Below are positions 13,472 to 26,100 of a DNA stretch of 64,000 nucleotides, piece by piece (within the stretch, counting starts at the first letter, position 1; each line of letters opens with the position of its first letter). The DNA is from Bugula neritina (taxonomy: Eukaryota > Animalia > Bryozoa). The notes under the pieces are model-generated. The model saw only the letters and a list, made by a program, of their open reading frames with translations. It searched no databases and had not been told where the DNA came from. The stretch covers positions 28,193,673 to 28,257,672 of the forward strand of contig OZ037766.1 in assembly GCA_964035545.1 (NCBI GenBank), in the 5' to 3' direction. Made by a program: the position numbers and the translations under genes.

Positions 13472-16203
13472 ATGTCAGAAACCACTTCTTCCGATAACAG
13501 TAACTCAAAAAACAGCGAAAATACATTTACTCTTAAAAAATGGAATGCAGTTGCTATGTGGAGCTGGGATGTTGAATGTGACACTTGTGCCATATGCCGA
13601 GTTCAAGTAATGGGTAAGAACTAGATAACAGAATCGAAACCAAGTTGAATATATTCTTTTAAACGAAACTAAAATTTGAAGGTTTCAAAATGTAACACGC
13701 CCACAGTGATATTGTCGCTGAGTGGGCGTGAGTCAGTGGAAGAGTAAAATTATTATTAAAAACAAAAGCAAATCTAACAGTAACACTAACAGTAACTCTC
13801 TATCGGTCACATTAAGTTTCACATTACTATTTTCATTATCACAATGACAAACACAATGATGAATGATATTCATATTGATTGTGCATCTGATACTCATGCC
13901 GCTTATTTATGTTGATCATAATGATAATACTAATACTAATAGTAATAGTAAATGTAAAATATATTCTTATAATAATATTAATACTAATAGTAATAATATT
14001 GGAAATAATATTGGAAATAATATTATCACTATGAATGTAATTATAAATTAAACAAAGATGAGATGATGACTGCAATAATTACCTTGGCATATTATTATGG
14101 TACTGATTATTGAGTGTCACTACCTGAGTAACAACGAGCAACAGTAGACATAATGTTTGCCAACTGATGAAAAAAGTTTCGTGAGCAGGGAAGACCACAT
14201 TTCTTTGGACTTTTGTTTGTAGACCTTACAGAGCCGTTGATCTTGTAGATTGAACTACTTTGTCTGGTACTGACCAAAGCTGGTTGTCCTCCAACTCTAC
14301 TTGTCTTGATTAGCTGATCCCACAATGACATGTTTGCCAAAGTCCAGTTTTACTGTGATATGTTCAAAGCTTCTCTCTATCTTTTATGTATTGCTCAAGT
14401 CTTTAAAACGGTGCATACCTATTTGCCTTTGGATGCAAGTGCTGTTGTGTTATAGCTATTTTGAGACGGCAGCAACTTCTTCAGCTTTGCACCATACCAA
14501 GCTCTTACAAATACATCCAACGATTTGTTTTTCACACTATTATTTGTATTATTCAAAACTTTTAAAGCATCTCCTATGATGAATGCAATCATTTTAAGCT
14601 CTGGGACCCATACATTCACTATTAATCAGTCTTAGCTTGATAGTGTTAATAGCTCCACTATCACCACGAAGACCACAGTCACTCAAGAAATATTTATTAA
14701 ATTGAAAAAAGCTGCTATGGTGTTTGTGCAACTTTATAGACATGTATGAAAAAGCAGACATTATAGAATGTTAGATTCACAAAAGGTTAATTTTTCACAT
14801 CCCTCCTTCTGAATCAAAGACATTAGCAACAAAGACAAGTAAAACTAGTAAGGAAGTCTGTTCAAAATTTAGTATCAACCAGTCTGCGATCATTTCTATA
14901 GCTTCCCTGTAGATGCAACTTTTTGCCAAATTTTCCAAAAACGACAATTTTTTGATGCCAGATTTCTCCATTTCTCTAAGCTGTCTGCCTCAATCCATTT
15001 CTCACTGGTCACCTGGGAAAGCATTAGTAATTATTCTTGCCCAAAAAATAAATAACATTTAACTACTACATACAATAATACTATAAAATTAAGTTATCAC
15101 TATTGTTTTATGATTTTATGACAATGTTAGCTACACTACACTTTCCTTTACTCCAATAAGTAGTTTATTATCAGCAACTAACTTTAATTGACTGCCAATA
15201 ATTTCCTATGCAATGCTTGAATGAATTATAATGCTATGAATGTTAGGTGCATGCGTATGCACTTGTCTGTAGTCTGTACTTATATACTCTAAATCTTAAC
15301 TTTTATGAACATAGAAATAATGACTAATATGCATATTATTAGTGCAGTAAAATTTAGTGATAATAAATATATCAGTATTAAACCCATTCTTGATTATGTA
15401 GCTTTTATAATTATTATTATATATTTTACCATAGTAATAGGACTCCTTACAACAATGATGTTTGTAATAGCACTGTTTATTCTTCATAATTTACTGTACA
15501 AATAATATTTATTTCTATTTTATTTTCCACACAAATTAATTATTCATATTATTAGATGGCCCTTCTATGCTGTATGAATAGCTAACGTGCTACTAACCTA
15601 TTAATTTATTTGCCTATATGCTTCTGAGAAGGCTAGAAGGATGGTGTTTCAATGTATAGTGTTGATATTCATATGAATGTTGGAGTCTGACTGTTGTGAG
15701 ATGTTTTGAGACAATCATTTTATCATAAAGTTATTTCTAATTGAGGTATCAGTGAGTTAGTAGGCCCACTCCATTTTGACATTAAAATAGTAACAAACTG
15801 CAGACTAGAAATTATGAAGACCATTTGCTGGACTGAAATTTTATGTGAGATTGAGCTTTAAATAATATTTAATTATATAAAGACTTAGCTTTTGTTCTTT
15901 AGAAAACAGCTTTTTTTCTTTTAATTCACTTAGAAGGTTTGGTAAAAATGAATTTCTCAAAAAATTACCATAGGAAAATGATCTGTTTTTATACAATTTT
16001 TTAATCATGTTTGACAAGTAAATGCTGTCTTTGCAGATTGGTGTTTACGTTGCCAAGGTGACAATAAACAGGAAGAGTGCGTCGTTGTCTGGGGTGATTG
16101 TAATCATTCATTCCACAACTGCTGCATGTCACTGTGGGTGAAACAGAACAACAGATGCCCTCTTTGTCAGGCCGAGTGGGTTGTAGCTCGTATAGGAAAA
16201 TAG
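13472..16203 (+). CDS. RNF7: RING-box protein 2 (RNF7/RBX2/SAG), cullin-5 RING ligase subunit, 102 aa
   Basis: Exons 13472-13613 and 16037-16203 (phase-1 GT-AG intron) give [102 protein letters not shown]. This is the characteristic RBX2-type (not RBX1) RING-H2 sequence. The ORF track misses it because it is spliced. Confidence 0.97.
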
Positions 16204-16387
16204 TCTGAATTGAGCTTGCCATGTTACATTACATAACTATTTTTATGTATATAGTGTATATTTTTGCTGCTGTTGTATGAACCAGCTTAGTATTTTTTGA
16301 GAATTTTTTTTGTAAATCCAACTGTATCTGTTTTAATATATTTTAGAATATAATTAATATAAGTTCAGAATTAATATTATTTCACAG

Positions 16388-16393
16388 AATAAA
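16388..16393 (+). terminator. Candidate polyadenylation signal of RNF7
   Basis: AATAAA about 185 nt after the RNF7 stop, with a GT-rich tract shortly downstream (about 16430-16441). Confidence 0.5.
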
Positions 16394-16959
16394 ACTTTGA
16401 CTTACTAATATTGGGAATAGGGTGAAACATGTGTTGTGTTTACTTCAAGCATAAGCCAATAATTTTAGCTCCTAAAATAACTACGAATTAAAATTCAGAA
16501 CAATTTATCTGCCATCACAACATTGCAGGTACACGTGTGAACGCATTTTTTGGTTAATAATTATTATACAAAGAATTACTAGTGCTCATTGAAGCAAAAG
16601 TAAAGTCCGTGTGCTATAAATTGTGACCTAAACATAGTAGGCTGGTCAATTATTTGCAAAGATCAAAGTTTAACGCTTTGAAGTTATCTTCCCCATTTGT
16701 ATAAACCTAGTGTGTAATGAACAATAATTTACGCTCTTGTGCGATTTGGAGTTGTGGACATTTTTCTTCACGATACGGCGAAATTTTATGGCAAACTAAA
16801 TTACTTTCTTATTGGTCGGCATGAATCATCATCTTCCGCCTGAGCATTATTGAACCAGTTAAATCGGACTGAAACCTCAGCACAAATAATAATTTTACTG
16901 TGTCATATACTTGTACTTGCAATTTTGCTATTTGCTACTGTTAGTTCTGAAACGAAAAG

Positions 16960-19900
16960 ATGAATTTTAATCTCCTAACAATATTTGTGTGTACTGGATT
17001 TGTTGCCTCTGGTAAGAATTAGTTGTATTCTAATTAATATTATAATAAATTGAAATTCAGTTTTACTTTTAGTTCAGTTTTAAAGTCAAGATTAATGAAT
17101 AATGTGAGTGTCATTTTGACACTCACATTCTGAATATGGCTGATTGTTGGTGTTGCACTTACTGTGTTAAATTTAGTGCTGCTGTAAATGTGATTGTAAA
17201 TCAAACTGTTATACTTAGTCTTATAGTTACTGTAAGTGTTAGTGCTCTCATACTCATACTGATACTCAATACTGGTTAAGCTTGAAGTATCCAATTTGAA
17301 TTTTTAATTAAATAAATAACTAATACTTATACTATAAGTTAATGTATAAGAAAATGAAAGAAATATCAATATTTGAAATTGACAGAAAATTAGATATTGG
17401 CACACTTATACTTATGTACAAGTGTAACTATAACTATAAGTTATAGTTCAAGTTATACTTGTACATTATACATAAGTATAATTATAAGTGTGCCAATATT
17501 TAATTTTTTGTCAATTTCAAATATTGATATTCTTTTTAGTTTGATTAATATTTTATGGAAAAATTTAAGTACTTATATTTATACGCATACTTATAGGTAA
17601 TAATGATATTGATTATAATTATTTATAATTATGAATAATGCTTTGATTTTTTTACTGAAAGTGAATCAGAATGTATGGTAATAATTATAATTATTTAAAA
17701 TAGTAATAAATATACTTATAGTTGAAGCCATAGTAGTACTAATACTAGTATTAATACAGTAATAGTGAGGATTTTCTGTGTCAAGTGTATTTGTAATAAA
17801 GTAATATAAAATAGTATGAAGAGTTATACTTATTCAGTCACTAAATTGCAGTGGCAGTGAATAAAATTGATATTTTATAACTATTAGGAGTTTATTGTGG
17901 ACCCATGTTATCTCCAAGTCATATCTAGTTACTGAGTTAGAGTTAGGAATAGCCACATGATAGTGACAGTATACCGTAAAATGGGGTAACATTGGCCGTT
18001 TTGAGACATATTTTGGGTGTCATATGAAAGGATTACAATATTCTTTAAAATTTTTGGATGCTAAATGAAGCTTATCAACATATGCACTAAATGAAATAAC
18101 CATTTGCAGTTTGGGACTGCTAGATCTCCTGTGGTATTAAAAAAAGTAGGTGGCCAAAGTTACCCTATTTTCGGGGTAACTTTGGCCGGTGTCGTTATTC
18201 TCCATGTAGCTAAAGTTAGCAGCACTTGGAGCTTTTTTAGCCAGTTAGAAATTAAAGAACAACATTATTCAACTTCATTACTACCAAAAAAAATTATTTT
18301 AGACAAAATGCAAGCTATAATAGTGTAATTATTGCTTGGAAACCACAGCTATTCGAGGTACATTGTTATTAAGTGTAAAAATTTTTGTACATGTATAAAA
18401 AATCATGTATTTTGCTGGCAACATTGAATAAATCACTGTACAAGTTCAAATTCCATTGAATTTAATCTAAAATTCAAGTATGCCCTTTCAAACTATAGGC
18501 TGTGGCAGTTGTCTGTAGATTTTTTAAATAATGCGTAATGTCTTCAGAATTAACTGTTGCCCATTCCGGTGCTATGTTTTGGCACAACCTGTGAGACAAG
18601 TTATCTTTATGTCTTGACATAAAACTGAGACTCCAGTGATCTTGAGGGTAGTTGCTTTTGAAATGTTGCACTCTTCTCTCACATTTGTCAAAATAGGTCT
18701 TGACTATTATTCGCAAGTCTGTTTTATCTAATGGAAAGCCCCATTGAGCCAGCTTTGTAGCATGGTCAACAATGGCTACCTCCTCTACTTGTGTTAACAC
18801 AGTTTGGCGTCCAGGCTTCAGCTTGTGTCTTCATGCGGCTCTGTTTTGTAGTGTTCCTTTGGTAATATCATATTTCTAGCCACTTCTTGTCAAGACTTTC
18901 CAGCTGCCAATTCTTGTGAATAAAGCAAAACCAATGATCTCCTCAGATATACCATATCTTGGAGATGTTGCTTTTCTCTAATATTTTCTAAGTATAATTG
19001 TCCTGAAAAATACATTTTACAATGCATGGTCAAATTCTTATATAAAAAAAAACATTCAAACACAAAATTGCTGTCTGGGAACAAAAATGCATAATTCCCC
19101 ATGTAATTATTTCATATTTCGGACTCTAAGTTGTTTCAAATATATAACTAAAGCATTGGGTATAGGTGAATCAAATGATTGTGCCTTTAGAGAGTAATGT
19201 ACTATGTGTCTGAAGTAACAGAAAATTCGCAGCGCTGCCAGAAACCTACTTTGGAGTACCATTTAGTCATGGCCAAAGTTACCCCAAATTCGTCCAAAAT
19301 TGTACACAGTGAATTTAAGACACATATTTTAATTTTGGATTTCAATTTATTTACCTAAATTACAAATATCCTGGTTGAATACTTACCAAAGTTCTTTAAT
19401 CCAAAAAAGAAAATAAGTCGAGCTTTTCTAATGCCTTCAAATAGATTAAAGTTGGACAGCACTGAAAATCTTGTTGTCAAACAGGAAATTGAAAATGGCC
19501 GACAGCGAGAAGCAGCAAATAAGTATATCAATTATTTTTCAGGAATAGGATGCACCAATCTGCAGTCAGTGCATATATACAATTAAAATATCTTTAGACT
19601 TCATAGATATAGCACCAGCTACATTTTAAACATTTTTTCCAAAGTGGCCAAAGTTACCCCAAGTGGCTAAAGTTACCCCATTTTACGGTAAATATTAAGA
19701 GTTAAAAATATTATTCTATGCAATACAATTTTGTTTTGTTTAACCTTAATAATATATTATATTTTTAACAAAATTATCTGCTGTGCAGCACAATTTCAAT
19801 GATGCTTGAAATCTTTTTTGCCTAGAAAAGTTATATTTTAAGTTTGTTGGTAAAGTTCATGGAGTAAATAATTGCTTTAACACCAAGTTTGTAATCAGAG

Positions 19901-21583
19901 TGAATAGCCTAATGATGACGTAAATATTATGAGGTCAGTGGCAGTGTTTCATTATAGCTTTATGAACACCCATTATAATAAATTATGTTGGTTGACATCT
20001 ACTTGTTTTGCACAGCTGGTAGCCTACTTGGTATCAGGGTGTAGATTTACTCGGCTATTTTTGTGTTGATTTGTTGAACATTTTTCACTAATGTTCCTTT
20101 CATCATTCATCTGCCTATTTTAAAAAAATTAACAAACTTCTGTGGCTTCTTTGATGGTTAACAAACTAACTAGCCCTTGTTATGCAAAATTTAGGTTATT
20201 GACAGTTCATACTTTCGAAATCAGTATTTATTACATACTAGAAACTATGCATTAGTGTATTTAGATGGTGTGTATAGTAGACATGTATGTTTTAGTTTAC
20301 GCCCAGAGTACTCAGTATGTAGAGTGCTACAGCTGCAGCGGGGTTGACACAGATGCGGACAATCCCTGTCCTGAGATAGGATTTGACCCTGTTAAACTGA
20401 ACGCCACCAAGATTCAATGCACTCAACCAGGAGCTGCCTGTGTTAAGTCTAAAGAGAAGCTCACAAGACCAGGTAAATGTTGTCATACCTTCATAGGGAA
20501 AAAAAACCTTTCGGTAAAAAACTAATCTGGCCAGTGACTTAGTGCCACCTCGTCCCATTCCAGCAGAATAATCTCTTGACAACTGTCCAATGCAGCTGCC
20601 CCAGCTTGCAACTCTAATGCACGGTCTGGTTGTGTATTGTCATAATGTAAATGTTTAGTTAACTTTTTTCTATGATTGTTGTTGCTATAGTTCATTACAT
20701 AAATCATAGGCTAGTAAGTGTAAGTAAAACATTTAATAGTCTGCAAGAGATGTTTGTCATTTACAGGTGTATAATATTACGTTATTTGAAGAGCAATTTT
20801 AAATTTGAAATAGTTTCACTGTCATCTTGGAACTTCCTAATAAAACATAAATAAAAACTGACACATATTCTTCGCTTGATCAGTCATCACTGCACTCATA
20901 AGTTGAAGCTTGGGTGTGGAATTGACATTGCTAATTTTTGCTGGTAGGTTACAAGCTTGTCCGAAGATGTATTGATCTGGAAACTGATGCAAATGAGAAG
21001 AATTTGCATGGATGTAAATCAACTCAGCGAGAGTCAAGTGAGTAATACTCAAGGTGGTGATGACGGTACTCTGCTTTTGTGATGACTGTTGTTGCTGAGA
21101 TGCTAGAATTTAAACATATTGCCTCATACTTGTAACATAATATATACTTGTTTATCAAAAATATGATCTATATTCCATACAGTTCAATATGTTTTTCCAA
21201 TTGCTCTTCTTTAAGCTGATTGCTAGATATCTCATTGTTTATGTTAATTAGTTTGAGTGTAACAACCAAGATAGTAAGAACTTCCTATTCATTAAGAGGT
21301 TTTTTCCAAATAACATTTCAGACTTTTCCAAAGCGTCAATATTCTTTGGCTATGTTGTCTGTTCCATTCAACACCAAATAACTTGTACACTGCTATAGGC
21401 AATGTAGCTACTGGTTTCTTGGCTAATGCAGAGAGTCAGTACTGTGTTTTGTATGTTTTAGTTGCCTCATTGGTGGATGTTGAGCTGTGTGTGTGTCACA
21501 ATGACCTCTGTAACTCTGCTGTCTCTACAGTGTCAGCTCTACTATTGGTCGCTGCCTCTGCTATATTTTCAGCTGTACTCTAA
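16960..21583 (+). CDS. GPI-anchored Ly6/uPAR three-finger protein (quiver/sleepless-like), 146 aa
   Basis: Exons 16960-17011, 20296-20472, 20948-21037 and 21462-21583, all joined by phase-1 introns. Signal peptide MNFNLLTIFVCTGFVAS; ten cysteines in the LU pattern (ECYSC...NPC...IQC...AACVK...VRRC...HGC...LCVCHNDLCN); small residues (SA) then a hydrophobic tail VSTVSALLLVAASAIFSAVL typical of a GPI signal. Confidence 0.9.
17974..19688 (-). mobile_element. pogo/Tigger-type (Tc1-mariner superfamily) DNA transposon, internally deleted, in intron 1 of the Ly6 gene
   Basis: TIRs CCGTAAAATGGGGTAAC(A/T)TT(G/A)GCC at both ends, flanked by TA (17972-17973 and 19689-19690). The motif TGGCCAAAGTTACCC recurs internally near 18151, 18172 (inverted), 19270, 19645 and 19664. 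A degenerate transposase lies on the minus strand. Confidence 0.9.
18474..18955 (-). pseudogene. Degenerate pogo-like transposase, N-terminal DNA-binding part only (HTH psq plus CENP-B-type HTH)
   Basis: GKS*QEVA/(frameshift)KYDITKGTLQNRAA*RHKLKPGRQTVLTQVEEVAIVDHATKLAQWGFPLDKTDLRIIVKTYFDK...FKSNYPQDHWSLSFMSRHKDNLS...VNSEDITHYLKNL. It carries stops and a frameshift and ends before the DDE domain (no DETG motif). Confidence 0.85.
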
Positions 21584-22113
21584 GAACTATTTTGTTGATT
21601 CAACTCAATTACATGCTGACACAATTTCACTCCACATATACTAGACTTGCTATGTAATGACTTTATCTCCTTCAAGAGATTGTCATTTAGTCTAGTCAAT
21701 GCCCTCTACTGTAGGTCAAATCTCCAATATTTTAATATAATCACTTCTTAAAGCTGGTGGTGTACAGTTGTGGTATCATTATACGTTTATGCTACTCAGT
21801 GCATCTACCTTTAATTGTGCTAATAACTACTTTTGTTATGAAAATTGGATATTACATAATTTTGTAGAGCGCAACCCTCATTACTATTTGGGAGTTGTGC
21901 TACCAGATTTTGTAAAATAACAACTCTCAAAACATCCACTAATTGTATGAAGTTTTAGTAGTCATTTGTTTATATCATTAGCTGCCAACTCCTTAAAGAA
22001 TTTTTAAAACACATTTTTGTAGTTTTACATCTTTGTTTCCTTATATGTTTACTCTTAGAGTATTTGATATATTATTTACTCATATTCGCTATTTTCTTTC
22101 CTACTGCTCTTAT

Positions 22114-22119
22114 AATAAA
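22114..22119 (+). terminator. Candidate polyadenylation signal of the Ly6 gene
   Basis: AATAAA about 530 nt after the stop, followed by a TG/T-rich tract near 22141. Confidence 0.4.
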
Positions 22120-23110
22120 CTATGTAAATCTATTTCACACTGTGTTTTTCTAAAATTTACTCTATTGGTTAATAATCATTGATACACTTTTAGAAAAGTA
22201 TTTTCCAGTAAATGAAACAAGTTATGGTTGGTTCAAAATTTAGTCAAATAAAGGGCACATAATTCCCCATTTCCAATAGTAGTCTGAATAATAATTCATC
22301 ATTGTCAAAATGATAGTGGTATTCAACTAAGGTTGTGAAATGCTTTACAGGGACAGATGATTTTTGAAAGTTCATTAGTACACTTTCAATCTTTCATTCC
22401 TTTGATCTTAAGTAATTGACATTTTTATAGTAACTGTTGGCTATGGTATTTAGCTTATAGTTACTGTAGTGGAGAGAAGCTTACAAATCTTCACAGCTTT
22501 TCTACAGCAACTTTTATTGAAACTCTTTTCATCTATTTTTTTCAATATTGAAGTTGAGATTCACTGATAAAGCCATCTTCCAAGCTGATTACGCAGTGTT
22601 GATGTCAGACTGATGTGTTGGTTAGATGTAGAGCAATTTACATACCAAGCACTCCATATGTCATTGCCTGGTTACTGCGTAGCAACTTGTCACTAGTCAC
22701 TGTTTGTTATTCAATATTCACTGAAGCTATTTGTGTATTGCTCATCGGTTACTGCTAAACATGCGTGAGCTTTATTCAGGAGTGGAAACCATTTACTACA
22801 ACACATGAATTGGAACTGTAAGTGTAATTCAAGTTCAATACATTTCTCTTGCTTTGCAATATGCTTGTGAATATATAGCTATATATGCTATAACAGCATT
22901 CATTTAGAGGAATAAAACTATTTTTTGAAATTTTAACTCTAGTTTTTTTAAACATTAGAAAGTTGCAATGTTTAAAGTTATGGTCAACTGGCAATATTTG
23001 ACTTTTTGTTCTTGAAGCTATGGTAAGTAAAGATCTAGTTGCATTTCAAGTAATAAACTACAAGTAATTTTAGATCATGTCTGCCACTTGGCAACTTTGA
23101 TTCTGTGAAT

Positions 23111-26100
23111 ATGGAAAAGTGTGAAGGTCAAAGGGAAAGTAAGCAAGGTGATCTTGAGGACTGTGATGTCGGGCAGCAACCAAGTAAAGGGCAGCGGATG
23201 AGTCTGCTGGAGGTTTTGGAATCAGGTCTAGAGTCTTTTGGTCTACCTGGTGGGTAACCAAGTTATACACTTCAGTGCTGCTTGTTGATTGCAGGCAGTG
23301 ATCAAGTATGTTTCCTTATGTATTTCTGTGTTGTATGAGTAATCTTCAGGCAATCTGTTAAATAAACTATTTTTTGCAGCCAACAATTGGCAAAATGATT
23401 TAAACCTGCTATCTATTCACTCTTAGATATTTTAATTGGTGTGCAGAAATAATAGCTATGTTTTCATTAGAAGAAGTTTTTGTAAATGTACAAATTGTCT
23501 CACTGGACACATTTTGATGTATGCTGTAATTAAATGTTTAAAAGATATTATTTTATTCAACTGTAATAATTTACATATTATATAACTTTGTACCTAAATA
23601 TCAAGTGTGTTGCAGTAGAGAAAAGTTCTCAGGAAGCTGATCGTTCAGGTGAATCAGTCAGTCTATTCCCTGCACATCAGTGTGAGGTAAGGTGATACAA
23701 TTGTAGCTCTGTTAGATATAGTTTCCATATATAATACATTGTAAAGCCAGCACTGTTCAGGCACATTATACCTATTATACCTGACTTAGCTTTTACCTTG
23801 AGATCAATGCTGCATCATCTAGGATACATTTTGTAATTCATTAATTTGACATTAGACATGTTTTGTTTCAGCTTGAAGCTGGTTAAAATGCAATCCAATT
23901 TTCTTGTCACCATAATTTTACAGTTATTTTCTTTTTCGGTTGATTAAATTAACTAAATAGTTGCTTGTGCGTTTCTTTTTAGTATAACTTTCTAATATAC
24001 ATATATTGAAATTTCTTTTATTTTCTTATAGGTTTCACTTTTTTTTTTCAGTTCTTCAAAGTTTTTAATTTTGTTATTATTCTTATTCTGTCTAAACCAG
24101 ATAACTACTAAGTTTTTTCTGACTAAATAGATATCGATGTCATTCAAAAATAATTTGGCATAAATATAACTTTTATTGCTGCTATGTTGAGTACCATTTT
24201 GTTAATGAATAAAATTAAGCATATTTCTCCAATTATTAGGCCGGAAGCCCTAAGACCTCGACTTTGGACTCGTCATCACTTAATGTCCTAGAAAAATCTG
24301 AAACCAAATCAGCCAAATCTACTAGTAAGATATGCTAATTTATTCTATATTTCTGGTGTGAAAACAAAAACAAAAGTTTAAAACATTCATTAAATAATTT
24401 TATATCTCAAGTGGTTGTCAAACAATTATCTTAAGGTGTTCCTCGCCTTTCCAGCATAGTGAATGTTCAGAGTTTTTTTATTATTTTGCAGCAACTGACC
24501 AATTGTCTGCTGACATATCACCACCAGATGGGGACACTCTTCTCTCGGAGGTACAACATTTATGTTACCGTATTTCAAAGTTGTTACTTGTGTTTTTTGC
24601 TTTAATTGTTTATAAATTTTCAATCTGAAAATTCTTGAATCACTAAAACACATGGTTTGTAAGCATGTTGTGCATTAAAGACACTGCTTATTTTAGCCTA
24701 ATTTTTGGCACTCTCTTTTTATCAGGTGCTGGGTAAGTCTGCTAGACAAAGTGGGGATAAATCAGAACCTGGCACAGGGTATGGAACGTGTAATCCAAAC
24801 CGTTCTAGTACAGAGTATACTAAATTTGCTCTTGGAGCAAATTCTCCTTCCGCAACTCAATCTGGTGAGTTGCTTTGATATTTTATTTCACTCTTCTAAT
24901 GTCACTGTAGCTAGCTGTTAGTCTTTTAGTCTTTTTCTTTGTAGCAGCTTCGGCTCTCAATGATATATGCATGTGAAAAAGTAACTTCTATTAAGTGTTC
25001 AATATTCTTTTAATCAATTACGTGGCTAGCAAAATCTTGCTGTACTCTAGAAATTAACTAACTTATAGGATAACCTACAGTACTAATGTAGATATTTCTA
25101 TTCATCTCTAATTTGTACAAAGCTTTTTTATTTGCTTGCTGGTAGTTTACACTCTCAAATTTGACTTTTACTGTTTTGAGACTTAACATTGACTCTTAAT
25201 AAAGAATTTACAGGCTGAAAGTAGACTGAGAGTAGCGTATGATTTAAACTATGAGAAGGGTGACCACCCCTTTCCTTAACCTTAATATTTATTTTCTAGA
25301 CTCAGGATCCTTATCTTCCTGTTCTACTGGTGAAGGAGACTTGGATGACACAGTTCTTTTACATGAACAGTTAGTTGAGTAGTTTTATTTTGAGCAGCGT
25401 ATACCTTGTGCCTTTATACCAGCTTGCTCTAACCTGTATATATGTAGTATTATATGATTATCTCTGCATTTTTTGGTAGCAGTTTTATCAATGCTTTTGC
25501 ATCTTCAATAGTGTGGGGCTGGCTGTGTTCCAGATATTCTGATAATTAGCTAGTGGTTTTGTTTTATAACTGAACACAATAATATGGTGTGTTGTGTAAC
25601 TTTGAGAATGCACTACTTTTGGCGCAAATAGCAGCTGCTTTTGTCTAGAATTATAATTAGCAGAAAATGGTTATTAGTGAATTACTTTTGTTTTTTGCTA
25701 TGTAGGTTTAGCAACAAAGTTCCTTTCTTGTCTTTTGAAAGTTTTTCTTATAATAGAAGGAGCTAAATATAGATGGTTGTTTACAGATATTTCACTGGAC
25801 AGCCTTTTTCATTTGTAAGTCTTGAAGAGATTAAGGAAGAGAGTTCTGACACTGATGCTGAGAACACAACTACTGACAGAGGTACGACATCAAATCCGTT
25901 TTGAATAAATAAATGTGAAACTTTATAATTTGTAGTTCAAGTCGTTTATTGATGTGTGAATTTGCTACTTAAATGGGTAGAGTTACTAGCCATGTGTGAT
26001 TTTATTAATTCTAGAAAGTTCTTCGTTTTAAAATTTATTAGCAAGTTTATACCCTTCAGAATGGCTAACCTTTTGCACCAAATTGAGGTCAGAAATTCAA

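Noticed and set aside
20292-20707. Minus-strand ORFs overlapping Ly6 exon 2 and intron 2
   Set aside because: No recognisable product or exon boundaries; largely antisense to a real exon.
23295-23305. 11-nt candidate microexon (CAG|GCAGTGATCAA|GTATGT)
   Set aside because: Including it breaks the reading frame needed by the downstream exons, and nothing else supports it.
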